A stretch of 32,000 nucleotides of DNA from Pasteurella multocida (GTDB taxonomy: Bacteria > Pseudomonadota > Gammaproteobacteria > Enterobacterales > Pasteurellaceae). The stretch's first letter is position 1. Every line of letters begins with the position of its first letter. The notes under the pieces were generated by a model. It did not search any database. It had not been told where the DNA came from and was given only the letters and a program-made list of their open reading frames with translations. Of the stretch, positions 17,731 through 28,500 are shown piece by piece. The stretch lies in assembly GCF_900187275.1 (NCBI RefSeq), contig NZ_LT906458.1, forward strand, positions 1,320,001 through 1,352,000, in the 5' to 3' direction. A program made the translations under genes and the position numbers.

Positions 17731-19914
17731 ATGTCATTCAAACATAAAACACTGGCGCTTTTTGTCGCACATGCTTGCTGCACTTCTGCCTTAGCAGAAA
17801 ACGCGGCTACCACGTTAGAACCCATCGTGGTTTCCGAGCTCAGTCATACCACGCTGAACCTTGATCAAAATAAGCTTGAAAAAGAAAGTCCAAAAGATTT
17901 AAAAGCTATTTTTACCACAACGCCAAATATTAATGTTATCCATACGGGACATGCACAATTAGGCGATATTGAAATTCGCGGTATGGGAAGCAGCCGAGAA
18001 ATCTTTGCTACTGGTGCAAACCGCGTCACAATGGAATTAGACGGTATGGACATTAGCCCGAGTTTTTATTTTGGACACAGCTCACGCCATGGTCGGCAAT
18101 ATTTTGATCCCAGTGATCTAAAACGTGTTGAGATTCATAAAGGTCCAAACAGTCAAGGCGTGGCAGGGCATGTTCGTTTCCAAACGAAAGATCCTCGTGA
18201 TTATCTCTTGCCTAACCAACGTACAGGTGCACAACTTCGTGCTGGCTATTTAGGCGACAGTGATGCTTATTATGTTGGGATAACTGGTGCCACTTTATTG
18301 GATGAACACAGTAGTGCTTTAGTGAGCTATACACGACGCTGGTTTAATGAATTTAATAATAAGGGAGGCTTGGATGTCACAGGTAGTCAACGTACTAAAA
18401 GCAATCCTTCCAGTGGTTATAGTAATGCAGTGAACAGTAAATTACGCTATTCACCAAATGATCGCCATAAATTTACGCTGAATTTGCAACATTATGATTT
18501 AAAACGCACCGCTTATTTAGAAGATAGCTTAGGAACAACGACAACACGACGTGGCACAAAAACAGTTCATCATAATACCAACATTCAGAAAAATCAGCGT
18601 CATGCTATTGCTTTCAGTCATGACATGCAACAAACCACGGCATTTTTTGATCACCTACACTGGCAAATTGCGTTACAACAAACAAAAAGCACGAGCCGTA
18701 ATACAGGGGCAGTCACGAGTACATCAGCACCTCCTCCCCCAAGTACGCCAAAATTTAGCCAAGAGCGTTCATTTGATGGCTTTAAAACCAAAACCATCAG
18801 CTTAAAAACGGAATTCAATAAAAGCCTTGGGCAACATGTCGTACATGAGCTTCACTATGGACTAAAATTGCAATATAGCCAAATGCAAGCTTTACGCCAA
18901 ACACAATCCCTTAACGAACAGGGGAGTAACACTCGAACCAGCGCCTTTTTCCCGACACAGCAACAATGGCAAAGTAAATTCCATCTTTCCGATCGGATCA
19001 GTTTTGGTAAATCTGGTTTAAGCTTGACACCATCCATACATCTCACACAGATTAGAATCAAACCGAAAACAGAAAATGTATCGAAGAAAAACCGTGAACA
19101 ATTATTTACTTACAAGGATACCGCCATTGGTTACGGTCTGCGTGTTGATTATGCACTCAATGAAGCGAATTTACTGAGTCTGAACTATCAGCACGCCACC
19201 CGCTTACCCGGCTATGGGGAAAACAATGCGCAAAGCTATGGACACTGGCCAGCAAAACCGAACCCTCATCTACAGCCAGAAACCTCAGATGGTGTTGAAT
19301 TAAGTTGGCGTAGTGCGGGGGCGATTGGTCAACAAACCACGACCTTGTTCTATAACCGTTACAATGACTTAATTTATCTCGATACCACGGCATGTTATGC
19401 TGACCGAACAGGTCAAGTGCCTTGTGATTTAGCAAATGAAAAAGGACGTAGTTATAGCTATGGAATAGAATTCGACGGTAAACTCAATCTTGATACGATC
19501 GGCTTCGCTCAAGGAACATATTTAAATGCTGGCTTCGCTTACAGCAAAGGGAAGACCGCGAACAAGCAACCACAAGGACGTCTTGATCCCCTAACAGGCT
19601 TTGTCGGTCTTGGCTACCAACAGCCAATGGATGTTTGGGGCATTGAAGGTAAACTGAAATTTGCCGCGAAGAAAAAAACTAAAGACTTACCCGCCAATCA
19701 AGGTTTTGAAGGCTTACCGGGCTATGCTGTAGTTGATCTTACCGCCTATTATAATGTGACGAAACAGCTTTATCTTGGCATCGGCATCTATAATGTGCTA
19801 GATAAAAAATATGCTCGCTGGGCAATGGCAAGAGGCGATATTAAACATGGTAACTATGACAAGCACACTGAAGCAGGTCGTCATTTTGGTGCCAATATTC
19901 GTTACCACTTTTAA
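17731..19914 (+). CDS. TonB-dependent outer-membrane receptor, probable heme/hemoprotein (or siderophore) receptor
   Basis: 727 aa; signal peptide, plug domain (GDIEIRGMGSSREIFATGANRVTMELDGMDI, VEIHKGPNSQGVAG), NPxLxPE-type box (KPNPHLQPETSDGVELSW), C-terminal YNVLDKKYARWAM... terminating in F. Confidence 0.9.
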   Translation: MSFKHKTLALFVAHACCTSALAENAATTLEPIVVSELSHTTLNLDQNKLEKESPKDLKAIFTTTPNINVIHTGHAQLGDIEIRGMGSSREIFATGANRVTMELDGMDISPSFYFGHSSRHGRQYFDPSDLKRVEIHKGPNSQGVAGHVRFQTKDPRDYLLPNQRTGAQLRAGYLGDSDAYYVGITGATLLDEHSSALVSYTRRWFNEFNNKGGLDVTGSQRTKSNPSSGYSNAVNSKLRYSPNDRHKFTLNLQHYDLKRTAYLEDSLGTTTTRRGTKTVHHNTNIQKNQRHAIAFSHDMQQTTAFFDHLHWQIALQQTKSTSRNTGAVTSTSAPPPPSTPKFSQERSFDGFKTKTISLKTEFNKSLGQHVVHELHYGLKLQYSQMQALRQTQSLNEQGSNTRTSAFFPTQQQWQSKFHLSDRISFGKSGLSLTPSIHLTQIRIKPKTENVSKKNREQLFTYKDTAIGYGLRVDYALNEANLLSLNYQHATRLPGYGENNAQSYGHWPAKPNPHLQPETSDGVELSWRSAGAIGQQTTTLFYNRYNDLIYLDTTACYADRTGQVPCDLANEKGRSYSYGIEFDGKLNLDTIGFAQGTYLNAGFAYSKGKTANKQPQGRLDPLTGFVGLGYQQPMDVWGIEGKLKFAAKKKTKDLPANQGFEGLPGYAVVDLTAYYNVTKQLYLGIGIYNVLDKKYARWAMARGDIKHGNYDKHTEAGRHFGANIRYHF

Positions 19915-19945
19915 CCTGCCCTCATCTAAAATCTTGTAATAATGA

Positions 19946-19985
19946 CCGCACTTTGACGACAAACGAAAAGTGCGGTCTTTTTTTG
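19946..19985 (+). terminator. Terminator of the TonB-dependent receptor gene, built from paired uptake-signal cores
   Basis: GACCGCACTTT (19946-19956) pairs with AAAGTGCGGTC (19969-19979), followed by a T tract. Confidence 0.87.
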
Positions 19986-20052
19986 TCATTTTTCGCACAC
20001 AAAATGACGGGGTATACCTGCTTTATGCTTTCCATGGAGACAAGATCACTTT

Positions 20053-21036
20053 ATGAAAAAGAGTAACATTATTTTATTTCTGAGTTTATCTCTCTTTTCT
20101 CTCACCACTATTGCACAGCAATGTACTCACCAAGATTTAGATGTGGTTGTACTCGGTTCTGGTGGACCTGAGATTCAATTATTCCGTAACAATCCTTCTC
20201 CTCCACCGAGAGCTTCAGCAAGTTATTTAGTGCGAGAAAATGGAAAAGCCGCATTTTTAGTGGATTTCGGTACTGGTGCCTTGCAAAATTTTGCACGTTC
20301 AGGCGCTAAAATTGAAGATGTAAAAGGGATTTTAATTACTCATTTCCATGTGGATCATATAAACGATCTGCCTGCACTTGTGAAAGCCTCTTTCTTTTCT
20401 TCACGTCATCATGACTTAGCTATTTATGGACCAACGGGCAATGAATTCATTCCAGATACCGAACAATTTATCACCCGCTTACTCGGTGAAAAAGGGGCTT
20501 ATAGTTATCTCTCTGGTTTTTTAACGGGCGATGAATCCTATCAAATTCAACCAACCTCTGTGCCTGCTGATAAAACCGCCCCTATGCACTTTCACACCGA
20601 GATCGACGGTTTTCAACTGTCTGCTATCGCGACAGAACATGGCTTACTTCCCGCTCTGGCTTGGCGTATCGAAAAAGGCGGATGCCGTATTGTGTTTTCT
20701 GGCGATACCAGTAATCAAGGCAACAGCTTAGATCGCTTGGTGCAAGAGGCAGATCTCTTTATTGCACATAATGCGGTGCCTGAAACGAGCCAAGATAATG
20801 TTGCAAATAAGCTCCATATGCGCCCTTCCGAAATTGCTCGAATTGCCCAACAAGGCAACGTAAAAAACTTGTTATTAAGCCATCTCATGCGCCGTACTGA
20901 ACACGTCAAAGCACAAACCAAAAACATCATCCAAGCACGATTTGACGGAAAAATTGCGTTTGCTAATGACTGTGATGTGTACGCTGTTGCAACAGGGATA
21001 AGAAAAGGTCAATGTGGCAATAAAATCAGTGATTAA
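20053..21036 (+). CDS. Exported metallo-beta-lactamase-fold hydrolase (RNase Z/arylsulfatase-like architecture)
   Basis: 327 aa; N-terminal signal peptide MKKSNIILFLSLSLFSLTTIAQQ; metal-binding HFHVDH; VFSGDTSNQGN; LLLSHLM. Confidence 0.85.
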   Translation: MKKSNIILFLSLSLFSLTTIAQQCTHQDLDVVVLGSGGPEIQLFRNNPSPPPRASASYLVRENGKAAFLVDFGTGALQNFARSGAKIEDVKGILITHFHVDHINDLPALVKASFFSSRHHDLAIYGPTGNEFIPDTEQFITRLLGEKGAYSYLSGFLTGDESYQIQPTSVPADKTAPMHFHTEIDGFQLSAIATEHGLLPALAWRIEKGGCRIVFSGDTSNQGNSLDRLVQEADLFIAHNAVPETSQDNVANKLHMRPSEIARIAQQGNVKNLLLSHLMRRTEHVKAQTKNIIQARFDGKIAFANDCDVYAVATGIRKGQCGNKISD

Positions 21037-21151
21037 TATGGCATGACTTATAACTTTTTTATCTAATAAGATTTTGTTTTTTATGTTGAAAATTTCTACA
21101 TTATAGTGTTAAATCGGCATATTTTATAAGGTTATTTAACGTCGTGTTTTT

Positions 21152-21979
21152 ATGTGTCAATTACTAGGAATGAATTGTAATACGCCAACGGATATTGTTT
21201 TTTCTTTTGAAGGATTTCGTCGTCGCGCGGGTTTAACGGATTGTCATTGTGATGGATTTGGCATCGCATTTTTTGAAGGGAAAGGAATTCGAGTCTTCCG
21301 CGATAACCAAGCTGCCCATTCTTCTCCCATTGCTGATTGTGTTAAGCAGTATCATATTAAATCACTCAATGTCATCGCACATATTCGTAAAGCCACACAA
21401 GGTGAAGTGAATATTGAAAATACTCACCCGTTTATCCGTGAGTTATGGGGGCAAAACTGGGTCTTTGCCCACAACGGCAACTTAACCGTTTATCCTGATC
21501 TGACCCATTCGCTTTATCAGCCGATTGGTAGCACTGATTCTGAAGCGGCATTTTGTTATATGATGAGTGAACTCAAAACACGCTTTGCACAAAAACCCAG
21601 TGAAGATGAATTATTCACTGCGATGCAAGATATTACGCATTCCCTTTGTCAAACAGGCACATTTAACTTTATTTTATCCAACGGCGAATGGATGATTGCA
21701 CATTGCACAACTCACCTCCATTACCTCACCCGAAAAGCGCCTTTTGGTAAAGCACAGCGCATTGATGATGACGGTGTCATTGATTTTAATGATTATGCGA
21801 AAGAAGGAGATCGTGTCACCATTATTACGACCTTCCCACTCACAAAAGATGAAATTTGGACCAAAATGGAATGTGGGGGCTTTGTCTTTTTCAAAGAAGG
21901 CGAAAAAATCGCAGAAATTATAGGTGTACCCACTCAAGCAATTGACGACGGTACACTAGGCTATCAAAAATGTGCATAA
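21152..21979 (+). CDS. Class II glutamine amidotransferase, YafJ-like
   Basis: 275 aa; N-terminal MCQLLGMNCNTPTDIVFSFEGF (catalytic Cys2), IAHIRKATQGEVNIENTHPF, HNGNL. Confidence 0.88.
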   Translation: MCQLLGMNCNTPTDIVFSFEGFRRRAGLTDCHCDGFGIAFFEGKGIRVFRDNQAAHSSPIADCVKQYHIKSLNVIAHIRKATQGEVNIENTHPFIRELWGQNWVFAHNGNLTVYPDLTHSLYQPIGSTDSEAAFCYMMSELKTRFAQKPSEDELFTAMQDITHSLCQTGTFNFILSNGEWMIAHCTTHLHYLTRKAPFGKAQRIDDDGVIDFNDYAKEGDRVTIITTFPLTKDEIWTKMECGGFVFFKEGEKIAEIIGVPTQAIDDGTLGYQKCA

Positions 21980-22005
21980 AATCTGTCCACTGACAGCGGT
22001 CATAC

Positions 22006-22038
22006 AAGCGTGAGCTCATCTCCTCACGCTTTTCTTTT
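22006..22038 (+). terminator. Terminator of the yafJ-like gene
   Basis: AAGCGTGAG (22006-22014), 8-nt loop, CTCACGCTT (22023-22031), then TTTCTTTT-type tract. Confidence 0.8.
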
Positions 22039-22061
22039 GCCTAAATTTTATGCTACAAAAT

Positions 22062-22111
22062 GTTAATCAATAGTTAACTTTATGCTATTTTTTCTACAAA
22101 AATAGCATAAA
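22062..22111. promoter_or_regulatory. Two abutting inverted repeats upstream of sdaC
   Basis: GTTAA-TCAATAG-TTAAC (22062-22078), immediately followed by TTTATGCTATTTTT-TCTAC-AAAAATAGCATAAA (22079-22111), a perfect 14-bp arm with 5-nt spacer. Confidence 0.75.
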
Positions 22112-22245
22112 ATAACAATCTAAGTCACAAACTCAACATTTAATTTAATTTCACATTGAGTTTTCCCCACAATCTCTCTACTATAAATCTCCTCTTATTC
22201 TAGCGCTTTGGCGCTATTTGTTTTTTCAATAACATGGAGCGTTTT

Positions 22246-23487
22246 ATGACAACAAAATCTTGTGTCAGTTGGAGCAAGTTTGATCTTGTCTGGGCATTAA
22301 ATTTATTCGGTACCGCTGTGGGTGCGGGTGTCTTATTTTTACCCATTAATGCAGGAAAAGGCGGGTTTTGGCCCTTAGTATGCATGACACTCCTAGTAGG
22401 TCCCATGACTTACTTAGCACACCGCGGACTCACTCGTTTTGTCCTATCTTCTGCCAAAAGCGGCAGTGATATTACTGAAGTCGTAGAAGAACATTTTGGT
22501 CAAACCGCAGGAAAATTCATTACTTTACTTTATTTCTTCGCGATTTTTCCTATTCTGCTGATTTATGGTAACGGAATAACTAACACAGTCGATTCATTTA
22601 TTGTACATCAACTGCATATGAGCTCACCTAATCGCGCCTTATTGGCTTTCATCCTCATTGCCGGCTTAATTTCTGTTATGTTAATGAATGAGAAGATCAT
22701 GCTAAAAATTACCGAGTTTTTAGTCTATCCATTAGTCTGTATTCTGCTCGCCTTATCACTCTATCTTATTCCGGAATGGAATACCTCAATGTTAACAGAA
22801 TTTCCGAGTACGCAAGCCCTATTCAGCACCTTATGGATTACGATCCCTGTATTGGTTTTTTCGTTTAACCACTCACCGGCTATTTCATCTTTTGCCCAAT
22901 CTCAACAACGTGAATATGGTGATCTCACAAACACAGAAACGCATACTAACCGCACTTTAAAAATGACCTCAAGTATTTTGCTAGTGTTTGTGATGTTCTT
23001 CGTTTTTAGCTGTGTATTAAGTTTAACCCCTGCTGAATTAGCACAAGCAAAAACACAAAATATCAGTATCTTATCCTTCCTCGCCAACAAATTTGATAAT
23101 CCTTATATTTCTTACCTTGGACCTTTCGTTGCCTTCTTGGCAATTACTAGCTCTTTCTTTGGTCATTATCTCGGTGCAAAAGAAGGACTAGAAGGGTTAA
23201 TTATCAAAATGTCTGGCAAAAAAGAGATTAAGTGTCAAAAATTAAATTATTTCACCGCACTTTTCTTCTTGCTAACCCTGTGGATTGTCGCCATTATTAA
23301 TCCAAGTATTCTTGGCTTAATAGAATCCTTCGGCGGACCGATTATTGCTGCAATTTTATTTATCATGCCTATGTATGCGATCCGTAAAATTCCCGCGATG
23401 CAACGTTACCAAGGACGCTTTTCGAATCTCTTCGTTACCATCATGGGTATGTTCGCCATCTCAGCGGTTGTTTATGGCTTATTTTAA
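22246..23487 (+). CDS. sdaC: HAAAP-family serine transporter SdaC
   Basis: 413 aa from [44 protein letters not shown]. The upstream in-frame ATG at 22234 leads into GGAG, which looks like the SD for the ATG at 22246. Followed by sdaA. Confidence 0.9.
   Translation: MTTKSCVSWSKFDLVWALNLFGTAVGAGVLFLPINAGKGGFWPLVCMTLLVGPMTYLAHRGLTRFVLSSAKSGSDITEVVEEHFGQTAGKFITLLYFFAIFPILLIYGNGITNTVDSFIVHQLHMSSPNRALLAFILIAGLISVMLMNEKIMLKITEFLVYPLVCILLALSLYLIPEWNTSMLTEFPSTQALFSTLWITIPVLVFSFNHSPAISSFAQSQQREYGDLTNTETHTNRTLKMTSSILLVFVMFFVFSCVLSLTPAELAQAKTQNISILSFLANKFDNPYISYLGPFVAFLAITSSFFGHYLGAKEGLEGLIIKMSGKKEIKCQKLNYFTALFFLLTLWIVAIINPSILGLIESFGGPIIAAILFIMPMYAIRKIPAMQRYQGRFSNLFVTIMGMFAISAVVYGLF
22949..22957 (-). 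repeat. Uptake signal sequence core inside sdaC
   Basis: Exact ACCGCACTT. Confidence 0.85.
23254..23262 (-). repeat. Uptake signal sequence core inside sdaC (second)
   Basis: Exact ACCGCACTT. Confidence 0.85.
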
Positions 23488-23544
23488 TTCGGCAAAATCC
23501 GTGTAGAATAGCCTCCCTTTTACGCTAAAGAAAAGTAGAAATGT

Positions 23545-24912
23545 ATGATTAGTGTTTTTGATATGTTTAAAATTGGTATTGGTCCCTCGAGTTCCCATAC
23601 TGTCGGTCCCATGAAAGCGGGCAAACAATTTATTGATGATCTTGTGAGTCGTCATCAGCTAGCACAAGTGAGTAAACTGCGTGTGGAGGTGTACGGTTCA
23701 CTTTCCATGACAGGACGTGGACATAATACCGACATTGCCATTATTATAGGATTAGCCGGCTATTTACCCCATGATGTGGATATCGAGTTGATCCCTCAAT
23801 TTATTTCTACCCTAAAACAGACTGCCCGTTTGCCCATCGCGCAAAATACGAAAGAGGTCACTTTTAATTTTAATGATGACTTAATCTTTCATCAAACCTT
23901 CCTCCCACGACATGAAAATGGGATGACTATTACCGCACTAACACAAGATGATACGGAACTTTATCAGCAAACCTACTACTCTATCGGAGGCGGGTTTATT
24001 GTGGATGAAGAACATTTTGAACATGCTATGCATACTGAAATCAGTGTGCCATTTCCTTACCAAAATGCAGCAGATATGCTAAAACACTGTGATGACAATG
24101 GTCTCCCGTTGTCTAGTGTTGTGATGAAAAATGAAATCGCATTACATGGAAAAACCGCATTAAGTCAACATTTACAACAGGTCTGGCAAACCATGAAAGC
24201 CTGTATCCAACACGGTATCAATACAGAAGGTTTATTACCGGGTCCATTAAAAGTGCCTCGTCGCGCGGCAAGCTTATATCGAATGTTACAAGCGAATAGT
24301 AGCTTATCCAATGATCCAATGAGCATTGTGGATTGGGTGAATATGTATGCGCTTGCTGTCAATGAAGAAAATGCTGCAGGCGGACGTGTGGTAACTGCGC
24401 CAACCAACGGGGCTTGTGGTATTGTGCCTGCTGTATTTGCTTATTACGAACACTTCATCGCAGATAGCATACCTGACATCATCGAACGTTATTTATTAAC
24501 TTGTAGCTTTATTGGTTCACTGTACAAAATGAATGCGTCAATTTCAGGTGCTGAAGTAGGCTGCCAAGGCGAAGTTGGTGTAGCTTGTTCTATGGCGGCG
24601 GCTGGCTTGACTGAAATTCTGGGTGGTAGTCCTGAACAAGTATGTATTGCGGCAGAAATTGCCATGGAACATAATCTTGGTCTGACTTGCGATCCAGTCG
24701 GAGGACAGGTACAGGTCCCTTGTATTGAACGTAATGCTATCGCCGCGGTTAAAGCCATTAATGCCAGTCGAATGGCATTGCGTCGAACAACCAGTCCACG
24801 AGTCACTTTAGACAAGGTCATTGAAACTATGTATGAAACAGGCAAAGATATGAATGCTAAATACCGTGAAACCTCGCAGGGTGGATTGGCTATTAAAGTA
24901 GTCTGTTCATAA
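23545..24912 (+). CDS. sdaA: L-serine dehydratase (ammonia-lyase)
   Basis: 455 aa; MISVFDMFKIGIGPSSSHTVGPMKAG, TAPTNGACGIVPAV, and FeS-cluster cysteines (GCQGEVGVACSMAA, HNLGLTCDPVGGQVQVPCIERNA). Confidence 0.95.
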   Translation: MISVFDMFKIGIGPSSSHTVGPMKAGKQFIDDLVSRHQLAQVSKLRVEVYGSLSMTGRGHNTDIAIIIGLAGYLPHDVDIELIPQFISTLKQTARLPIAQNTKEVTFNFNDDLIFHQTFLPRHENGMTITALTQDDTELYQQTYYSIGGGFIVDEEHFEHAMHTEISVPFPYQNAADMLKHCDDNGLPLSSVVMKNEIALHGKTALSQHLQQVWQTMKACIQHGINTEGLLPGPLKVPRRAASLYRMLQANSSLSNDPMSIVDWVNMYALAVNEENAAGGRVVTAPTNGACGIVPAVFAYYEHFIADSIPDIIERYLLTCSFIGSLYKMNASISGAEVGCQGEVGVACSMAAAGLTEILGGSPEQVCIAAEIAMEHNLGLTCDPVGGQVQVPCIERNAIAAVKAINASRMALRRTTSPRVTLDKVIETMYETGKDMNAKYRETSQGGLAIKVVCS

Positions 24913-24919
24913 CTCATTT

Positions 24920-24946
24920 AAAAGGGCTTATTACAAGCCCTTTTTT
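24920..24946. terminator. Bidirectional terminator between convergent sdaA and the DUF1287 gene
   Basis: AAAAGGGCTT (24920-24929), ATTAC loop, AAGCCCTTTT (24935-24944) continuing into TTTTTT. Confidence 0.88.
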
Positions 24947-24948
24947 AT

Positions 24949-25515
24949 CTAATAACGATAATGCCCAATCATTTTATATTTAAATAAAATATCTTCTTCC
25001 TGCGTACCCGCACCAATATTATGAATAACCAGAGGAATCCCTGCCGAAGTTTTCTTATCCGAAATAATGCCAATATGCGGTAAATTACGCGGTAAACGCC
25101 AAGTCACAATGTCTCCTGCCTTAAAACTTGTGATATCCGTAAGGGATAATGATTTCGCATGGCGTTGAAAAAAAGTTTCTAAATTTGGAACACGACGATG
25201 GTCAATATTGGTATCCGTGCTTTTTAATCCCCAAAGTTTTGGATAACTTGACCACGCTTTTTTCATGTCTTGATTGACCAATTTTTGCAAATCAATCTGC
25301 TGATGACGATACGCCCGAATCACGACATCCGTACACACCCCAGTGTGTAACGGCACATCCCCCATGGGGAAAGCCATTTTCCGGTAAGCCGGATCATAAC
25401 CAATTGTCACATTAATTTGCTTCTTGGCATCATTCACTAACTGCATTGCATTAGTCGCTGCTAACGTCCCTAACGAAAAAACCAGCAAAATAACACTAAC
25501 GATCCACTTTTTCAT
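24949..25515 (-). CDS. DUF1287-family exported protein
   Basis: 188 aa; signal peptide [20 protein letters not shown]; [68 protein letters not shown]. Confidence 0.87.
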   Translation of the reverse strand: MKKWIVSVILLVFSLGTLAATNAMQLVNDAKKQINVTIGYDPAYRKMAFPMGDVPLHTGVCTDVVIRAYRHQQIDLQKLVNQDMKKAWSSYPKLWGLKSTDTNIDHRRVPNLETFFQRHAKSLSLTDITSFKAGDIVTWRLPRNLPHIGIISDKKTSAGIPLVIHNIGAGTQEEDILFKYKMIGHYRY

Positions 25516-28500
25516 GATTGAAACTCTAACTCCACTGCATTTTCACCTAATTTTTCAGCCAGTTCAGTAAATAATTGATCGGTCGGATTCACAGACCACT
25601 GTACTCCCATTTTGACACGACATTGCCCCGCTGTACTCGCATAATAAACATAGATAGGTAAGGTTCCGCCACTATAAGGTGTTAATAACGCTTTCAATTC
25701 ACGAATAAATGTCGGTTTCATGTTTTCCTCAGATAAACATATCGCCAAACTTTTCGCATAGCGACTACGCGCTTCATCTAAGCTCATCAGTTCACGAACT
25801 GACATTTTTAATCCACCCGAAAACTCATCAAAACTGACTTGCCCTGATACAATGATCACCGTATCTTTTTGTAATTTGTCTGCATATTTATCCAAGGCTT
25901 CACCAAATAACGTGATATCTAATCGCCCTGAACGATCATCTAGTGTAGCGATGCCAAGCCGATTGCCTTTCTTGGTTACAGCAAAACGAGATGAGACAAG
26001 TAACCCACTGACCGTACTCATTTGTCCACGAGAATTCGGTACTAAATCTTTTAACCGCGTAGCACTGTAATGCGCTAACTCTTTCAAATACGGACTAATA
26101 GGATGGCTACTTAAATATAACCCAAGGGTTTCACGTTCCCCTTCCAAAATTACTTTCTCGCTCCAACGTGGCGTACTGGCATACGCTTTTTCCACGTCTT
26201 CATGACTTTCAGTCAGCACACCAAACATATCCGCTTGCCCCATTGCCGCATCTTTCGCGTGCTGATCGGAGGCTTTTAACGCATCTTCAAGATTTTTCGA
26301 TAACGCGGCACGGTGTGGACCTAATTTATCAAACGCACCAGATAAAATCAGACTTTCAAAAGTACGACGATTGATCTTTTTCAAATCGACTCGAGCACAT
26401 AAATCAAATAAATCTTTGAAAATGCCGCCTTGCTCACGGGCTGAAATTAACGCTTCAATGGGTCCTTCTCCCACCCCTTTAATCGCACCAATACCATACA
26501 CAATTTCGCCATGTTCATTCACGCTGAAATGATGCTTACCGGTGTTAATATCTGGCGGAGCGACTTTTAACCCCATACGTAAACATTCATCGTATAAGCC
26601 GACAATTTTATCGGTGTTATCCATCTCTGATGTCATTACCGCCGCCATAAACTCGGCAGGATAATGAGTTTTCAACCACAGGGTTTGATAAGACACTAAA
26701 GCATAAGCCGCAGAGTGGGATTTATTAAAGCCATAACCTGCGAATTTTTCCACCAAGTCAAAGATTTTCATGGCTAACTCGCCATCCACTCCTTTTTGAA
26801 TCGCGCCTTTCTCAAAAATTTCACGTTGTGCTGCCATTTCTTCTGGCTTTTTCTTCCCCATCGCACGACGTAATAAGTCCGCCCCACCGAGAGTATATCC
26901 AGCCAATTCTTGGGCAATCTGCATGACCTGTTCTTGATATACAATTACGCCATAAGTCGGTTCTAAAATCGGTTTTAAACTGTCGTGTTGATATTCTGGA
27001 TCGGGATACGCCACTACTTCATTGCCATGCTTACGATCAATAAAGTTTTGTACCATGCCTGACTCTAACGGACCAGGACGGAACAATGCTACTAACGCGA
27101 TAATATCCTCAAAACAGTCAGGCTGAAGACGTTTGATCAAATCCTTCATACCACGCGATTCGAGCTGGAATACGGCGGTGGTTTCTGAACGTTTTAATAA
27201 TTCAAAAGAAGCAGGATCATCTAACGGGATTGTGGCAATATCCACAGGCGGTTTGCCTTCTTTGGCAAGACGCGTATTAATCATGTCTAATGCCCATTTG
27301 ATAATGGTCAGTGTGCGTAAACCTAAAAAGTCAAACTTCACCAGACCGGCATACTCCACATCATTTTTATCAAAATGGGTGACTGGATGTTTACCTTCAG
27401 AGTCACAATAAAGCGGCGAGAAATCAGTAATTAACCCTGGGGAAATTACCACGCCTCCAGCGTGCTTACCGGCATTGCGGGTGACTCCTTCAAGCTTGCG
27501 CGCCATATCAATCAAGGCTTTGACTTCCTCATCGGAGTCGTATACTGCTTGTAATTGTGGCTCCGCGGCAAATGCTTTTGCCAAGGTCATGCCGGGATCA
27601 GGCGGAATTAATTTTGAGATGCGATCCACAAAACCATAAGGATGACCAAGTACACGCCCCACATCTCGGATCACGGCTTTTGCTGCCATGGTACCGAAAG
27701 TGATAATCTGAGATACTGCACCACGACCATAGGTTTCTGCCACATGATCAATCACGCGATCGCGACCATCCATACAAAAATCCACGTCAAAGTCAGGCAT
27801 GGAGACTCGCTCTGGGTTCAAGAAACGCTCAAAAAGCAAATCAAATTCTAGCGGATCAAGATCGGTAATTTTTAATGCATACGCCACTAACGATCCTGCC
27901 CCGGAACCACGTCCTGGACCGACAGGAATATCGTTATCTTTCGACCACTGAATAAACTCCATCACGATCAAGAAATAGCCCGGAAAACCCATTTGGTTAA
28001 TCACGTCTAATTCTACTTGTAAACGTTCATCATATTCGGGGCGACGTGCTTGACGCACTTTTTCATCGGGAAAAAGAAATTTAAGGCGCTCTTCCAAACC
28101 TTCTTTCGATTTTTTTACCAAAAAATCTTCTGTGGACAGATCGCCCGTTGGAAATTGTGGTAAAAAATACTCTCCAAGACGAATCGTCACATTACAACGT
28201 TGCGCGATCAGTAAGGTATTTTCTAATGCCGAAGGCACGTCTGCAAAAAGATCACACATTTCTTGCTCAGAGCGAAAATATTGCTGATTGGTATAAAGTT
28301 TAGGACGTTTAGGATCATCAAGGGTGTAACTGTCATGAATGGCGACGCGAATTTCATGGGCTTCAAAATCGTCTTCATGCAAAAATAACACATCATTAGT
28401 GGCAACAACGGGCAAGCCTTTTTCTTCTGCCAATGTCAAAGCCAAACTCACATAGCGTTCTTCTTCATAACGTCCTGTGCGGCTCAAACTCAAATAAAAG

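Noticed and set aside
18718-18747. Pro-rich stretch (SAPPPPSTP) in the TonB receptor as a repeat or variable loop
   Set aside because: Too short and imperfect to call a repeat. Probably an extracellular-loop low-complexity segment.
18551-18805. 84-aa ORF inside the TonB receptor on the + strand
   Set aside because: Out of frame with a confidently identified 727-aa receptor. The translation has no recognisable family features and is typical of shadow ORFs.
24489-24917. 142-aa ORF antisense to sdaA
   Set aside because: Fully contained opposite sdaA coding sequence apart from the last bases; no domain-like motifs or supported start.
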